Shown here piece by piece: positions 35,181 through 44,320 of a stretch of DNA of 64,000 nt. Numbering within the stretch: position 1 is the stretch's first letter; every line of letters starts with the position of its first letter. The notes beneath the pieces are model-generated. The model had not been told where the DNA came from and did not search any database. It saw only the letters and a list, made by a program, of their open reading frames with translations. The position numbers were made by a program, and so were the translations under genes. Source of the stretch: a virus (lineage: Duplodnaviria; Caudoviricetes); IMG/VR virus record IMGVR_UViG_2877794441_000003, positions 2,815 to 66,814 of that record. The stretch is one strand, 5' to 3'.

Positions 35181-35813
35181 ATGAGCCACCCACTTGTCTT
35201 TGGCGTTGGCGTGAACGACGCCGACTACGTGGTCTCCCCGTCTCGAAGCGAAAACGGGAAGATCACCTTCAAGTACATATGTCCTATTTACGCCAGGTGG
35301 GTAGCGATTCTCAGGCGCTGTTACCACGCTCCGAGCAGGCCCAGCAGGCCCAGCTACGAGGGCTGCACTGTTGCCAATGAATGGCATCGGTTCAGCGCAT
35401 TCAAGAGTTGGATGGAAAGCCAAGACTGGCAGGGCAAGGACGTTGATAAAGACCTGCTGGTGAAGGGAAACAAGGTTTACGGCCCTGACACCTGCTGCCT
35501 GATAAGTCGGTCAATCAACTGCCTGGTTAGGGAAATCGCCAAGAACGCCAAGAAAGAGCACAGCCTTCCGCCTGGGGTCGATTTCGATCCGAAGCTCCAG
35601 AAATACCGCTCCCGAGCTCACTGCGTAATCACCGGGAAAAGAAACCATTTTGGGTATTTCGCAACGCCAGCCGAGGCGCATTTAGTCTGGCTCAGATTCA
35701 AGCGCGATCAGGCCGAGATCCTGGCTCAAGAACAAGCAGACCAGCGTGTAGCTAACGCTTTGAGGGGGCTCTATGCGAGCGACCAGCCCCTCCCTTCCCC
35801 ACCCACCGAGTAA
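35181..35813 (+). CDS. HNH-type homing endonuclease-like protein with AP2-like C-terminus
   Basis: WVAILRRCY, YEGCTVANEWHRFSAF, DVDKD...YGPDTCC..N, and PGVDFD..KYRSR..HFGYFATPAEAH. Confidence 0.7.
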   Translation: MSHPLVFGVGVNDADYVVSPSRSENGKITFKYICPIYARWVAILRRCYHAPSRPSRPSYEGCTVANEWHRFSAFKSWMESQDWQGKDVDKDLLVKGNKVYGPDTCCLISRSINCLVREIAKNAKKEHSLPPGVDFDPKLQKYRSRAHCVITGKRNHFGYFATPAEAHLVWLRFKRDQAEILAQEQADQRVANALRGLYASDQPLPSPPTE

Positions 35814-35833
35814 CCCACCACCTGGAGGCGACC

Positions 35834-36058
35834 ATGGGCGAACAGTGCATTGCGCACATCTGCAAGATCTGCGGCAGCGCCTGGAAGACCCGGGATCGCG
35901 CCAAGAAACACGTCAACCGACGACACAGCGAGCAGGTATCTCACCGGCGCGGCCCTGGCCAGCATGTTCGCTACCTCTGGATTGACCTCGAAAATCATCA
36001 AGTTCGAACCGTAGGAGGCGACCATGGGCGCACTTCGAGCAGCACAATGGCGGTATGA
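35834..36058 (+). CDS. Small protein with C2H2 zinc-finger motif
   Basis: CKICGSAWKTRDRAKKHVNRRH = C-x2-C-x12-H-x4-H; GGAGG RBS. Confidence 0.55.
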   Translation: MGEQCIAHICKICGSAWKTRDRAKKHVNRRHSEQVSHRRGPGQHVRYLWIDLENHQVRTVGGDHGRTSSSTMAV

Positions 36059-36440
36059 CCACGCTGAGCCGGAAGACGACTCGGCGTATCAGGAAGCGGC
36101 GCAGAACTGGATCGCAAGCAAGGCCGAGGAGCTGGTCGGCGGCTGCGATGTCCTGATCCCGCAGCGTTTTGGCGGCCCGGTGGGCGTGCGTCAAGAGCAG
36201 TTCGTGGCCAAGGTCGCCGAGCACCTTCGGTCGCTGCAGGAAGCCGGGCAGGACGACATCACCGCCCTTGCCCAGCTTCTTCTACAGGCCCTGACCGGCG
36301 GCCCGGTGAAAAGCATGGTCGAGGACATCGTCGGCCAGAGCAATCACGCAAGCGGCAAGCTGTACGAGATCGCCGAGGCAATGCTTGAGCGGTACGTCGA
36401 CCAGGGCCTGAGCTACGAGGCAGACGAGGCTCGGCTATGA
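36024..36440 (+). CDS. Hypothetical phage protein
   Basis: AGGAGG RBS; stop overlaps next start. Confidence 0.65.
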   Translation: MGALRAAQWRYDHAEPEDDSAYQEAAQNWIASKAEELVGGCDVLIPQRFGGPVGVRQEQFVAKVAEHLRSLQEAGQDDITALAQLLLQALTGGPVKSMVEDIVGQSNHASGKLYEIAEAMLERYVDQGLSYEADEARL

Positions 36441-36631
36441 GAAGCCCCCACGTTCTGATCGACGAAGAGCTTGAGGTCATGGCTCACCCTGAGACGCCAC
36501 TGACCTGGCAGGCCATGGTCCTCAAGCTCCTCACCAAAATGCTGGACGACCAGCGCATCACCATCGAAGAGTTCAACCACTACTGCGGGCGCCTCAACAA
36601 GATCGTTGATGGGCGCAAGGAGGTCGCGTGA
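36437..36631 (+). CDS. Hypothetical phage protein
   Basis: Coupled ORF; ITIEEFNHYC motif. Confidence 0.6.
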   Translation: MRSPHVLIDEELEVMAHPETPLTWQAMVLKLLTKMLDDQRITIEEFNHYCGRLNKIVDGRKEVA

Positions 36632-37203
36632 ACGATATCAATTGGGCTGGCTGCCCTGAAGCAACCCACTTTGACCCGGTCGACCAGAACTTCCTGCGCG
36701 AGGTCGGAGAGGCGCTGCTGCTGTTCAACATCAAGCGCGGCTGGACCGTGCCTCTGCACACCGCATACGGCCTGCACGTAGAGGAATGCAATCGCCCACT
36801 AATTAAGCGCCCTGAGTGGAATGGCGAAGGCCTGCCACCGGTTGGCACGGTGTGCGAGTTCGCCGGGTTCAACCCGGAGGAAACCTTGCCGTCTGATCCG
36901 GTAGTTGGCGATCGTGTGACGGTGATTGCTCACTTCAAGAGCGGCTCAATTGATGTCGCGGCATTCACGTTCTTTGCTCCGCCTGAATTCGAGTATTTGC
37001 AAGTCGGTCAAGGCGCACATGGCTGCTTCCGCCCCATCCGCACGCCCGAGCAAATCGCGGAGGAGGAGCGGGAAAAGGCGATCACTCAAATCCTCCACGT
37101 CATGCTGGGCCATGACCAAGCGAGTATTCACGAGGACACAGTTCAAGCTCTGTGCGCCAAGCGCGTCTACGACGCTGGCTACCGCAAGCAGGAGGCATCA
37201 TGA
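36628..37203 (+). CDS. Hypothetical phage protein
   Basis: WNGEGLPPVGTVCE and FRPIRTPEQIAEEER motifs typical of Pseudomonas prophage early genes. Confidence 0.65.
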   Translation: MNDINWAGCPEATHFDPVDQNFLREVGEALLLFNIKRGWTVPLHTAYGLHVEECNRPLIKRPEWNGEGLPPVGTVCEFAGFNPEETLPSDPVVGDRVTVIAHFKSGSIDVAAFTFFAPPEFEYLQVGQGAHGCFRPIRTPEQIAEEEREKAITQILHVMLGHDQASIHEDTVQALCAKRVYDAGYRKQEAS

Positions 37204-37421
37204 CCACGCAGATCTTCCCGTCGATCATCGACGAACAGGTAGCCGAGGCTACCCAGGCCGTGCCCGACGACCGCATCCTGATGGTGTTCAAGGGCCTGAC
37301 CATGGAGGACGCCATGAATCAGGCGCGCATGGCTCACATCGAGAACCCGGCAGCATGGTCGGGCCGGGCCTACCTATGCGGTATGTGCACCCTGGCCTAT
37401 GAGGTGCGGCATGAAGCTTGA
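37200..37421 (+). CDS. Hypothetical phage protein
   Basis: From MTTQIFPS; ATGA overlap with upstream gene. Confidence 0.55.
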   Translation: MTTQIFPSIIDEQVAEATQAVPDDRILMVFKGLTMEDAMNQARMAHIENPAAWSGRAYLCGMCTLAYEVRHEA

Positions 37422-37866
37422 GCGCTCGATACTCATCACACTGGCCGCTCACGAGTCAGTCTTGCAGCGGATCAAGTCGTTGACGGCTGAGATCGGGCTT
37501 CACCTTGGCCAATGTGAGAACCGCTTTGACCTGATCGGCCCCAAGCCTGCCAATGAATCCCCCGAGCTTGGCGATCTGCCTTGGCCGAACGGAAGCGAAG
37601 AGCACTGGAACATCCTGTACGACGAGAAAAACCGCCGCAAGACGCACATGTGGGATGCCTTTCGAGAGTGGTCGCAAGACGAGGACCGAGGCCTGAATGA
37701 CAAGGAAGTGATGGATTACTTGCTCAAACAAGGATGCGTCCACTGCACCAGGGCCTGGTACTTCGTCAGGGAGCGAAAGCAAGCGCGCCGCGACCTCGGC
37801 AACTTCAGGCGGTCTCTGCGCGCATTGGGCAAGTCAGCCATCAAATCCCTTGAGCCGAAGCGATGA
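37411..37866 (+). CDS. Hypothetical phage protein
   Basis: From MKLERS; coupled to both neighbours. Confidence 0.55.
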   Translation: MKLERSILITLAAHESVLQRIKSLTAEIGLHLGQCENRFDLIGPKPANESPELGDLPWPNGSEEHWNILYDEKNRRKTHMWDAFREWSQDEDRGLNDKEVMDYLLKQGCVHCTRAWYFVRERKQARRDLGNFRRSLRALGKSAIKSLEPKR

Positions 37867-37979
37867 CCTGCTACCAGCGGGCCCGCCGCATCGCGGCTTG
37901 GCGAGGCTCCTTCTCCATGCTCTTCGCCTGCACCGTATTCATGCTGGCCAGCGCACTGGCTGGCTCTATCACTTCCTGA
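37863..37979 (+). CDS. Small membrane peptide (38 aa)
   Basis: Hand translation MTCYQRARRIAAWRGSFSMLFACTVFMLASALAGSITS; ATGA overlap. Confidence 0.45.
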   Translation: MTCYQRARRIAAWRGSFSMLFACTVFMLASALAGSITS

Positions 37980-38153
37980 TCACACATCCGGCGCACGGCG
38001 GACCTTCGGGATAACCGTACCCCTTCGGGAGCGTAAGCGGCGAGAGCGCGCAACCATCCACCGCAGCCAGGGCCTGGAGCGTACCTCCGTGCCTGGGTGA
38101 CCTGGCATTTCCCTATCCCAACTGACGGCGCCGGCCTGGCGCGAGGTTTTCTA

Positions 38154-38885
38154 ATGTCCACTACCAACATGAGCATCTGGGAGAAGGTCCAAACGACCGA
38201 CACCCGATTCACCAAGGACGCCAAGGTCGGCGGCCAGCAGATCACCAGCCTGAACGGCACCGCGATGATCATGAAGGCCACCGAGGTTTTCGGTCCGGCT
38301 GGCATCGGCTTTGGCTGGAACGTGGTTGAAGAGCGCTTCGACAAGGGCGCCGAGATGTTCAGCGGCGAAGGCGATAAGCGCATCAGCCTCGGCTTCGAGC
38401 TGAACCACACGATCAAGATCAAGTTCTGGTTCGTTCTGGATGGCCAGCGCGGCGAGATCGAGCAGTACGGCTGCACCCAGTATCTCTACAAGTCGAAGTA
38501 CGGCACCACCACCGACGGCGAGGCGCCGAAGAAGTCGCTGACCGACGCCATCAAGAAAGCCCTCTCCATGCTCGGCTTCAGCGCTGACGTGTTCCTGGGC
38601 ATGTTCGACGATGTGAACTACGTGCAGCAGCTGCAGGCCGAGCAGGCGATCGAGCAGGCCGAAGACCGCCAGGCCGAGATTGAACGCCAGCAACAGGAGC
38701 GCCTGGACTTCATCAAGGAAACGATCGAGACCATGCAGAAGTCGGTAACGCCGCATGAACGCAAGAAAATCCACGACCATGCCGTGCGCAAGCTCATCGG
38801 CCGCAAGGACGAGAAAGGAGCCGCACGGATCTCGCTTGAACTGAAGAAACTCGAAGCCGGGAATCCGCAGGAGGCTGCAGCATGA
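38154..38885 (+). CDS. Single-strand annealing recombinase (Rad52/Sak-like)
   Basis: ATEVFGPAGIGFGW and KKSLTDAIKKALSMLGFSADVFLG motifs. Confidence 0.75.
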   Translation: MSTTNMSIWEKVQTTDTRFTKDAKVGGQQITSLNGTAMIMKATEVFGPAGIGFGWNVVEERFDKGAEMFSGEGDKRISLGFELNHTIKIKFWFVLDGQRGEIEQYGCTQYLYKSKYGTTTDGEAPKKSLTDAIKKALSMLGFSADVFLGMFDDVNYVQQLQAEQAIEQAEDRQAEIERQQQERLDFIKETIETMQKSVTPHERKKIHDHAVRKLIGRKDEKGAARISLELKKLEAGNPQEAAA

Positions 38886-39445
38886 CTCAACTCTACGCAC
38901 TCACCGGCCAGATGGCCGAACTTGCAGCCATGTGTGACACCGACGACGAAGGCCTCAAGCAGGCCATTCAGGACACCATGGCCGGCATCCAGGGTGAATT
39001 CGAGGTCAAGGCCGACAACATCGTCATGCTGCGTCGGAACATCGAGGGTGACATCGGTGCGATCGACGCTGAAATCGAGCGCCTGAGCGAGCTAAAGCGC
39101 ATCAAGGCCAACAGCGTGACCGCGATCACCGACTACCTGCGGAGCAATATGGATGCAGCCAACATCAAGTCGATCAAACGCCCGCTGTTCACCATCAGCC
39201 TGGTCGCTGGTAAGGAAAAGGTGATCGTCGACAACGAGCAGGCGGTGCCGGACGACCTGACATCAGTGCAGACCAAAATCGCGCCGGACAAGAACGCCAT
39301 CGCCGCAAAGCTCAAGGCCGATCGCGAGCACAACGAAGCCGTCCGCAAGCGCATGGCCGCCGGCGAAGACTGCGAACACGAACTGATACCTGAGCCAGCC
39401 TGGGCGCATTTGGAGCGCGGCGAGAGCTCAATCCGCATCAAGTGA
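38882..39445 (+). CDS. Siphovirus Gp157 / Gam-like protein
   Basis: MTQLYALT, coiled coil, PDKNAIAAKLK and AHLERGESSIRIK C-terminus. Confidence 0.8.
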   Translation: MTQLYALTGQMAELAAMCDTDDEGLKQAIQDTMAGIQGEFEVKADNIVMLRRNIEGDIGAIDAEIERLSELKRIKANSVTAITDYLRSNMDAANIKSIKRPLFTISLVAGKEKVIVDNEQAVPDDLTSVQTKIAPDKNAIAAKLKADREHNEAVRKRMAAGEDCEHELIPEPAWAHLERGESSIRIK

Positions 39446-39452
39446 GGTCAGC

Positions 39453-39965
39453 ATGAACCCATCAATCGACCTGGAGGCCGCCAAAGCGGCCTTCTTCGCG
39501 TCTGGCGGGCAGATCATTGTGCTTGAGGGGTTCCAGTACGTGCCCTTCCGGCAGCGCCATCACCCTGAGCCGATGCCAAAGCGTGTCACGCCAGTCAAGC
39601 AGGAGCGCGGCGGCGAGCGTAAAAGCCGCGCCAAGGCACGCACAGCTCAGGTAGAAGAGCTCGCCAAGACCATGACCTGTGGCGAGGTTGCAAAGCTCCT
39701 GGGCGAAACCAAGACCGCTCTCTGGGGCGTAGCGGCGCGGGGAGGATTCAGGTTCTTCAGCCCGCCGAAGCCGGCCACACCGGCGAAGGCAAAGGCCGAA
39801 CCGAGCCAGGAGGATCGTGATCTCGCCGACAAGATCATTGCCCTGCGTGATACCGGCATGTCCCGGTGGGGCGTGACTTTGGAGCTGGGCATCGGTAACT
39901 GCAAGTTCGCGCGCATCATTGCCGAGTTCGACATTGACTTCCCGCTCCAGCGGAATCGAGGGTAG
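39453..39965 (+). CDS. Hypothetical DNA-binding phage protein
   Basis: FFASGGQIIVL motif and two HTH-like segments. Confidence 0.55.
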   Translation: MNPSIDLEAAKAAFFASGGQIIVLEGFQYVPFRQRHHPEPMPKRVTPVKQERGGERKSRAKARTAQVEELAKTMTCGEVAKLLGETKTALWGVAARGGFRFFSPPKPATPAKAKAEPSQEDRDLADKIIALRDTGMSRWGVTLELGIGNCKFARIIAEFDIDFPLQRNRG

Positions 39966-39968
39966 GCC

Positions 39969-40133
39969 ATGATCGCCACCATGTCTCAGCCTGTGCCCGC
40001 CGTGAAGTACGCGGCGGCCATGGCCAGGTCCACTGGTCAGCCTTGGGGCGTATACCGAGGAAACAAGCGTCTACTGGTGGTTATGCCGTCTGGCTCGACG
40101 AAGAAAACGCCCATTGAGGTGTGCCACCCATGA
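39969..40133 (+). CDS. Small hypothetical protein (54 aa)
   Basis: Hand translation MIATMSQPVPAVKYAAAMARSTGQPWGVY... Confidence 0.4.
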   Translation: MIATMSQPVPAVKYAAAMARSTGQPWGVYRGNKRLLVVMPSGSTKKTPIEVCHP

Positions 40134-40214
40134 GACGCATCCAGAAGCTCACGCAGCAGCGACGCCGCCAGCTGCACATACACATCCCGCCAAGCGGAAT
40201 CATGGAGGTGCCGT

Positions 40215-40865
40215 ATGGCGATGTCACCCAAGGAGCGCGACGAGAAACGCCGCGCCAAAGCCGCACGTTTGCAGGAAGAAGACCTGCGCTTGAAGGTTCG
40301 ACCAGGGACTAAACAGGCCCTGCTGGAACTGATGGAGTGGGCCGGGATCGAGGAACAGGGCGAGGCGATTACGCTGATGATTCATCACATCGAAGCTCTT
40401 GGGCATCACGCACTGTTTCGGATCACGCGCCACGAAATCGAAGCTCACCGAGATGTGGCGCGGACTGAGCCACTGCGGCTTTCGGCAAGGAAACGAACGG
40501 GCCAGCACCTGCGAGCCATATGCGGCTGGGCCGACGCCACATACAGCCAGATGATCGAGGCGCTGATCCACGGCATTCATGCCCTTGGAAGGCTGCACGC
40601 GGCGAAGTTTCTCACCCCGCCGCGTCATGAAATCAGCATATCACCGCGCCTGGCCCTGGCCTTCGACAGGAAGAGCATGCTGATGATTCAGCAAGATCCA
40701 GGCGACGAGATCATCAGCCCAGGAAGGCAGATCAGTCCTTCCAGTATTTTGCGACAAACCGGTCAGCGATCACCTTGCCTGCCTCGACAGCCTCATCGTA
40801 GGTGTTCCAATCCCTTTTCTGGGTGCCCGCCACCAAAATTTCGCCCTGATATTTGTAGAGAGTAA
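40215..40865 (+). CDS. Hypothetical phage protein (3' end reads into antisense moron)
   Basis: GGAGG RBS; two internal repeats of an RHH-like segment. Confidence 0.6.
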   Translation: MAMSPKERDEKRRAKAARLQEEDLRLKVRPGTKQALLELMEWAGIEEQGEAITLMIHHIEALGHHALFRITRHEIEAHRDVARTEPLRLSARKRTGQHLRAICGWADATYSQMIEALIHGIHALGRLHAAKFLTPPRHEISISPRLALAFDRKSMLMIQQDPGDEIISPGRQISPSSILRQTGQRSPCLPRQPHRRCSNPFSGCPPPKFRPDICRE

Positions 40866-40983
40866 CTACCTCGGCCGGGACCATGCCGGGCTCATCACCC
40901 CAGCGGAAGGTGATCACGAATTTCTCACCATGAAGACGATCGTCGTAATCAACTGACGGAAGACGGTCAACTAGAAGCTTCAT
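40732..40983 (-). CDS. Antisense moron, hypothetical protein (83 aa)
   Basis: AAGGAG RBS; opposite to flanking operon. Confidence 0.55.
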   Translation of the reverse strand: MKLLVDRLPSVDYDDRLHGEKFVITFRWGDEPGMVPAEVVTLYKYQGEILVAGTQKRDWNTYDEAVEAGKVIADRFVAKYWKD

Positions 40984-41095
40984 CCCTTACTCCTTGATCC
41001 GGCCCCATGCCGGTCACCCGTAATACCCCATCCAAAATGAAATTGCCACCATGCCGCCACCAGCACGGATGGCGGCGCACGCCCAGGAGATCGAC

Positions 41096-41677
41096 ATGAA
41101 GGTCGAAACCTCGACAGTAACCAAGCTCGTCATCAGTGACGTTCCGCGCCTTGATCCGATCAGCGTGTTTCTGGAGGACTTCGGTCGCCGCGACTGTCCG
41201 ACCGAGAAAGATCCGAATTATCAGACAGCTCAAGGCAAGATCACCATTAGCTGCTGGGACAAGAGCTGGAATGCCTACTGGGGCGGAATGGGTCCGCGCA
41301 CGGTTGGCGAGTTCGTCACCAACTGCAATGCCGGCTACGTGCTGAACTGTCTTGAGCGTGGCATCAGTTCGACCAGGTTCAGTGGCAGCGCTCTGGAGGC
41401 ACTGGCAAAGAGAACTGTGGTTAAAGCGCGTCGCGACCTATCCATGGACAAAGACGAGGCGCGACGCCTGTTCGACCAGATAGACATTCTCGGTGGCCTG
41501 GAGGTGCCAAACGAGACTTGGCACCACAACGACCTGCTCACCGATATCTTCGGAGAAGAGTGGTGGCACACCCTCCAGGAAGAGGCGGTCGAGGAAAACC
41601 ACGAATACACCTACCTGCTTCGCATCGTCGAGGCAGTTCAGAAGGCGCTGGCCCAGCCGCTATCCGCCACTGCCTGA
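41096..41677 (+). CDS. Hypothetical phage protein
   Basis: AGGAG RBS; LDPISVFLEDF and GKITISCWDKSWNAYWGGMG motifs. Confidence 0.65.
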   Translation: MKVETSTVTKLVISDVPRLDPISVFLEDFGRRDCPTEKDPNYQTAQGKITISCWDKSWNAYWGGMGPRTVGEFVTNCNAGYVLNCLERGISSTRFSGSALEALAKRTVVKARRDLSMDKDEARRLFDQIDILGGLEVPNETWHHNDLLTDIFGEEWWHTLQEEAVEENHEYTYLLRIVEAVQKALAQPLSATA

Positions 41678-41731
41678 CCATCCGGCGCTGCCCACCAGCG
41701 CCTCCCCTATTCAAACTTGCCATCTATCAGC

Positions 41732-42532
41732 TCAAGACGAAAAACGCCCCCGCTTAAAACCAGGGATGTTTAGTTTATACTTAGAGGAATCAATCTTGGC
41801 CCTGTAAATTTCAATTTTTATCTCTCTAGACTTATTAGCTTCCTTAACTGCAAGATTAAGAGCATCAAAGTTATCTTTCGAAATATTGCAACCAGCGATA
41901 ATACTCACAATTAAAGAGGGCTCATAACCATATACGCCTGGCCCCTGTCGATAATTTATTACACGCTCTTCCTCTTCATATTTCCACTCAAGGCTCTTTG
42001 CCATGAAAGTGCCTTCTATATCGCCATGAGCTAGTTCGCCCCATCGATCAATAGCAGGTCGATCAGTAACATAGTTGACAGGAAACGTTACCAACCACTT
42101 GGCATCCGTACCATCTACATCAGCCGCAAAGGTCTCAGGCTCACGGAATTCAACAACGAAGCCCGTATGTTTCTCGGCATAGTGAGACCACATCAATACA
42201 TGCCACGGCGTCCTACTTAATGAAAGGACTCCTACTGTAGACATAGCATTTTTCTGAAAAGCACCGCTTTCGAACGCAAGATTGGTTCGATTAACAGCCC
42301 GTTGCCTCGCACGCAGTCTATCCGCAGGGCTTCTATGGAGACCATTTATATATTGAAATAGATCTCTCCTGTCTTTTTGAGGTGACCTGCTTGGCCTGTA
42401 ATATGGATTACAATCAAACGGGTCATTAAAAGCTGACGGCGCAGAAAATTTTATGCTGTATTTTTTAATAATATCAAGAACACGCATTTCAGCATCGAAA
42501 GACACGTATTTATACAGATATCGCCCAGCCAC
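41732..42532 (-). CDS. DUF2971-like moron protein
   Basis: GTG start after GGGAGG; LYKY, FNDPFD, LMWSHYA, GFVVEF and KSLEWKYEEEER motifs; low GC; antisense. Confidence 0.75.
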   Translation of the reverse strand: MAGRYLYKYVSFDAEMRVLDIIKKYSIKFSAPSAFNDPFDCNPYYRPSRSPQKDRRDLFQYINGLHRSPADRLRARQRAVNRTNLAFESGAFQKNAMSTVGVLSLSRTPWHVLMWSHYAEKHTGFVVEFREPETFAADVDGTDAKWLVTFPVNYVTDRPAIDRWGELAHGDIEGTFMAKSLEWKYEEEERVINYRQGPGVYGYEPSLIVSIIAGCNISKDNFDALNLAVKEANKSREIKIEIYRAKIDSSKYKLNIPGFKRGRFSS

Positions 42533-42558
42533 AACTTTATCCTCCCTGAGATTCAGCC

Positions 42559-44016
42559 TCCAATATACCGACGAGTCACAGCCATGCCCACAGAAAACAA
42601 AATCGATTGCCCAGCATTTTACAAGAGAAGCGCCAGCTACCCGTTTGGCGATCGCGTGCCGTGCACCGTCCGCATGCTGGTGACCGCCACCGCCGACAAG
42701 ATCCCTGGTGTCGAGCTCTCGCACTACCCGGAGGCTAAGGCCGGCCAAACCTACCGGGTGTGGACGAACAGCCACGGCGCCGTTGTTGCTGTGATGGATG
42801 ACGGCAATCGCCTCGGCCTGCGCCCAGCAGAGTTCGAAGTCGACAGCTGGCACCACCTTGCAGCTGAGCCCTACGCGCAGCCCCACCCCGAGCCGATAGC
42901 CTGGACGGTAGGTACTGCCTTCTGGTGGACCAAAGAAGAGGCAGAGCGGGATGCGCAGGCGGCTGGCCTGCCGGTGGTTGCCATAGGACCGATGCCGACG
43001 CGCCAGGACGAGCCAGCCTGGTTTATGACCGAGGGCGGCGTGAGCGCGATGCATGCGAAGGCCAAGGCAATGAGCGCCCAGCAAGGCTTGGACACCAGTT
43101 CCTACTGCGTGCCGCTCTACACCCACGCCGATCCTGGCGAGGTTGAGCGGCTGCGCCTGGAACGCCGGCGAATGGATCAGGCGTTGTCAGCGTGCGCGAA
43201 CGAGCGCGACACCCTGCGCACCCTGCTGGTCGAAGCGCTAGCCTTCCTTGATGAAGCCTACAAGCATGACATCGGAACGCAGCTCAATCCAATATACCGA
43301 CGAGTCACAGCCATGCCCACAGAAAACAAAATCGATTGCCCAGCATTTTACAAGAGAAGCGCCAGCTACCCGTTTGGCGATCGCGTGCCGTGCACCGTCC
43401 GCATGCTGGTGACCGCCACCGCCGACAAGATCCCTGGTGTCGAGCTCTCGCACTACCCGGAGGCTAAGGCCGGCCAAACCTACCGGGTGTGGACGAACAG
43501 CCACGGCGCCGTTGTTGCTGTGATGGATGACGGCAATCGCCTCGGCCTGCGCCCAGCAGAGTTCGAAGTCGACAGCTGGCACCACCTTGCAGCTGAGCCC
43601 TACGCGCAGCCCCACCCCGAGCCGATAGCCTGGACGGTAGGTACTGCCTTCTGGTGGACCAAAGAAGAGGCAGAGCGGGATGCGCAGGCGGCTGGCCTGC
43701 CGGTGGTTGCCATAGGACCGATGCCGACGCGCCAGGACGAGCCAGCCTGGTTTATGACCGAGGGCGGCGTGAGCGCGATGCATGCGAAGGCCAAGGCAAT
43801 GAGCGCCCAGCAAGGCTTGGACACCAGTTCCTACTGCGTGCCGCTCTACACCCACGCCGATCCTGGCGAGGTTGAGCGGCTGCGCCTGGAACGCCGGCGA
43901 ATGGATCAGGCGTTGTCAGCGTGCGCGAACGAGCGCGACACCCTGCGCACCCTGCTGGTCGAAGCGCTAGCCTTCCTTGATGAAGCCTACAAGCATGACA
44001 TCGGAACGCAGCTCAA
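42559..44016 (+). repeat. Exact tandem duplication, 2 x 729 bp
   Basis: 42559-43287 equals 43288-44016 wherever I compared; translations identical. Confidence 0.92.
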
Positions 44017-44083
44017 GCGCGAGATCAAGGCCTTTTACCTATCCGCCAGCGCAGAGCCGAGCGCGCCGGTTGCGCAGGCCTGA
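42584..44083 (+). CDS. Hypothetical phage protein, internally duplicated in frame
   Basis: 499 aa made of two near-complete copies of a 243-aa unit. Confidence 0.65.
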   Translation: MPTENKIDCPAFYKRSASYPFGDRVPCTVRMLVTATADKIPGVELSHYPEAKAGQTYRVWTNSHGAVVAVMDDGNRLGLRPAEFEVDSWHHLAAEPYAQPHPEPIAWTVGTAFWWTKEEAERDAQAAGLPVVAIGPMPTRQDEPAWFMTEGGVSAMHAKAKAMSAQQGLDTSSYCVPLYTHADPGEVERLRLERRRMDQALSACANERDTLRTLLVEALAFLDEAYKHDIGTQLNPIYRRVTAMPTENKIDCPAFYKRSASYPFGDRVPCTVRMLVTATADKIPGVELSHYPEAKAGQTYRVWTNSHGAVVAVMDDGNRLGLRPAEFEVDSWHHLAAEPYAQPHPEPIAWTVGTAFWWTKEEAERDAQAAGLPVVAIGPMPTRQDEPAWFMTEGGVSAMHAKAKAMSAQQGLDTSSYCVPLYTHADPGEVERLRLERRRMDQALSACANERDTLRTLLVEALAFLDEAYKHDIGTQLKREIKAFYLSASAEPSAPVAQA

Positions 44084-44095
44084 AACAAAGTCGTT

Positions 44096-44320
44096 TTAAC
44101 CCGCCTCCTCTGGCTCTCGCTCCAGCAGCCAGAGAGCACTTTCGATCTCCGCAATTGCGCCAGGTACCAGCTCGGCATTTACCCATTGCCAGGACGTGTT
44201 GCCTATGAGCCCGCCAATGGCCTGGCGGCGCAGTTCACCGATGTCGATGCCCTGTTGCTCCGCCGCTGCAAAGGCCGCCGCCAGCGCGTGCTCCAGATGC
44301 ATAACCCTTTCTGTGGTCAT
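44096..44320 (-). CDS. Antisense moron, hypothetical protein (74 aa)
   Basis: GGAGAG RBS; opposite to flanking genes. Confidence 0.55.
   Translation of the reverse strand: MTTERVMHLEHALAAAFAAAEQQGIDIGELRRQAIGGLIGNTSWQWVNAELVPGAIAEIESALWLLEREPEEAG

Noticed and set aside
42533-43855. N-terminal extension of the DUF2971-like ORF to 43126 and the 205-aa ORF 43238-43855
   Set aside because: Both are the antisense frame of the duplicated plus-strand gene; a good RBS and GTG occur at 42532.
42559-44016. CRISPR array, DGR template/variable repeat or IS-mediated duplication
   Set aside because: No short repeat-spacer pattern, no adenine-specific differences, no reverse transcriptase and no transposase or terminal inverted repeats.
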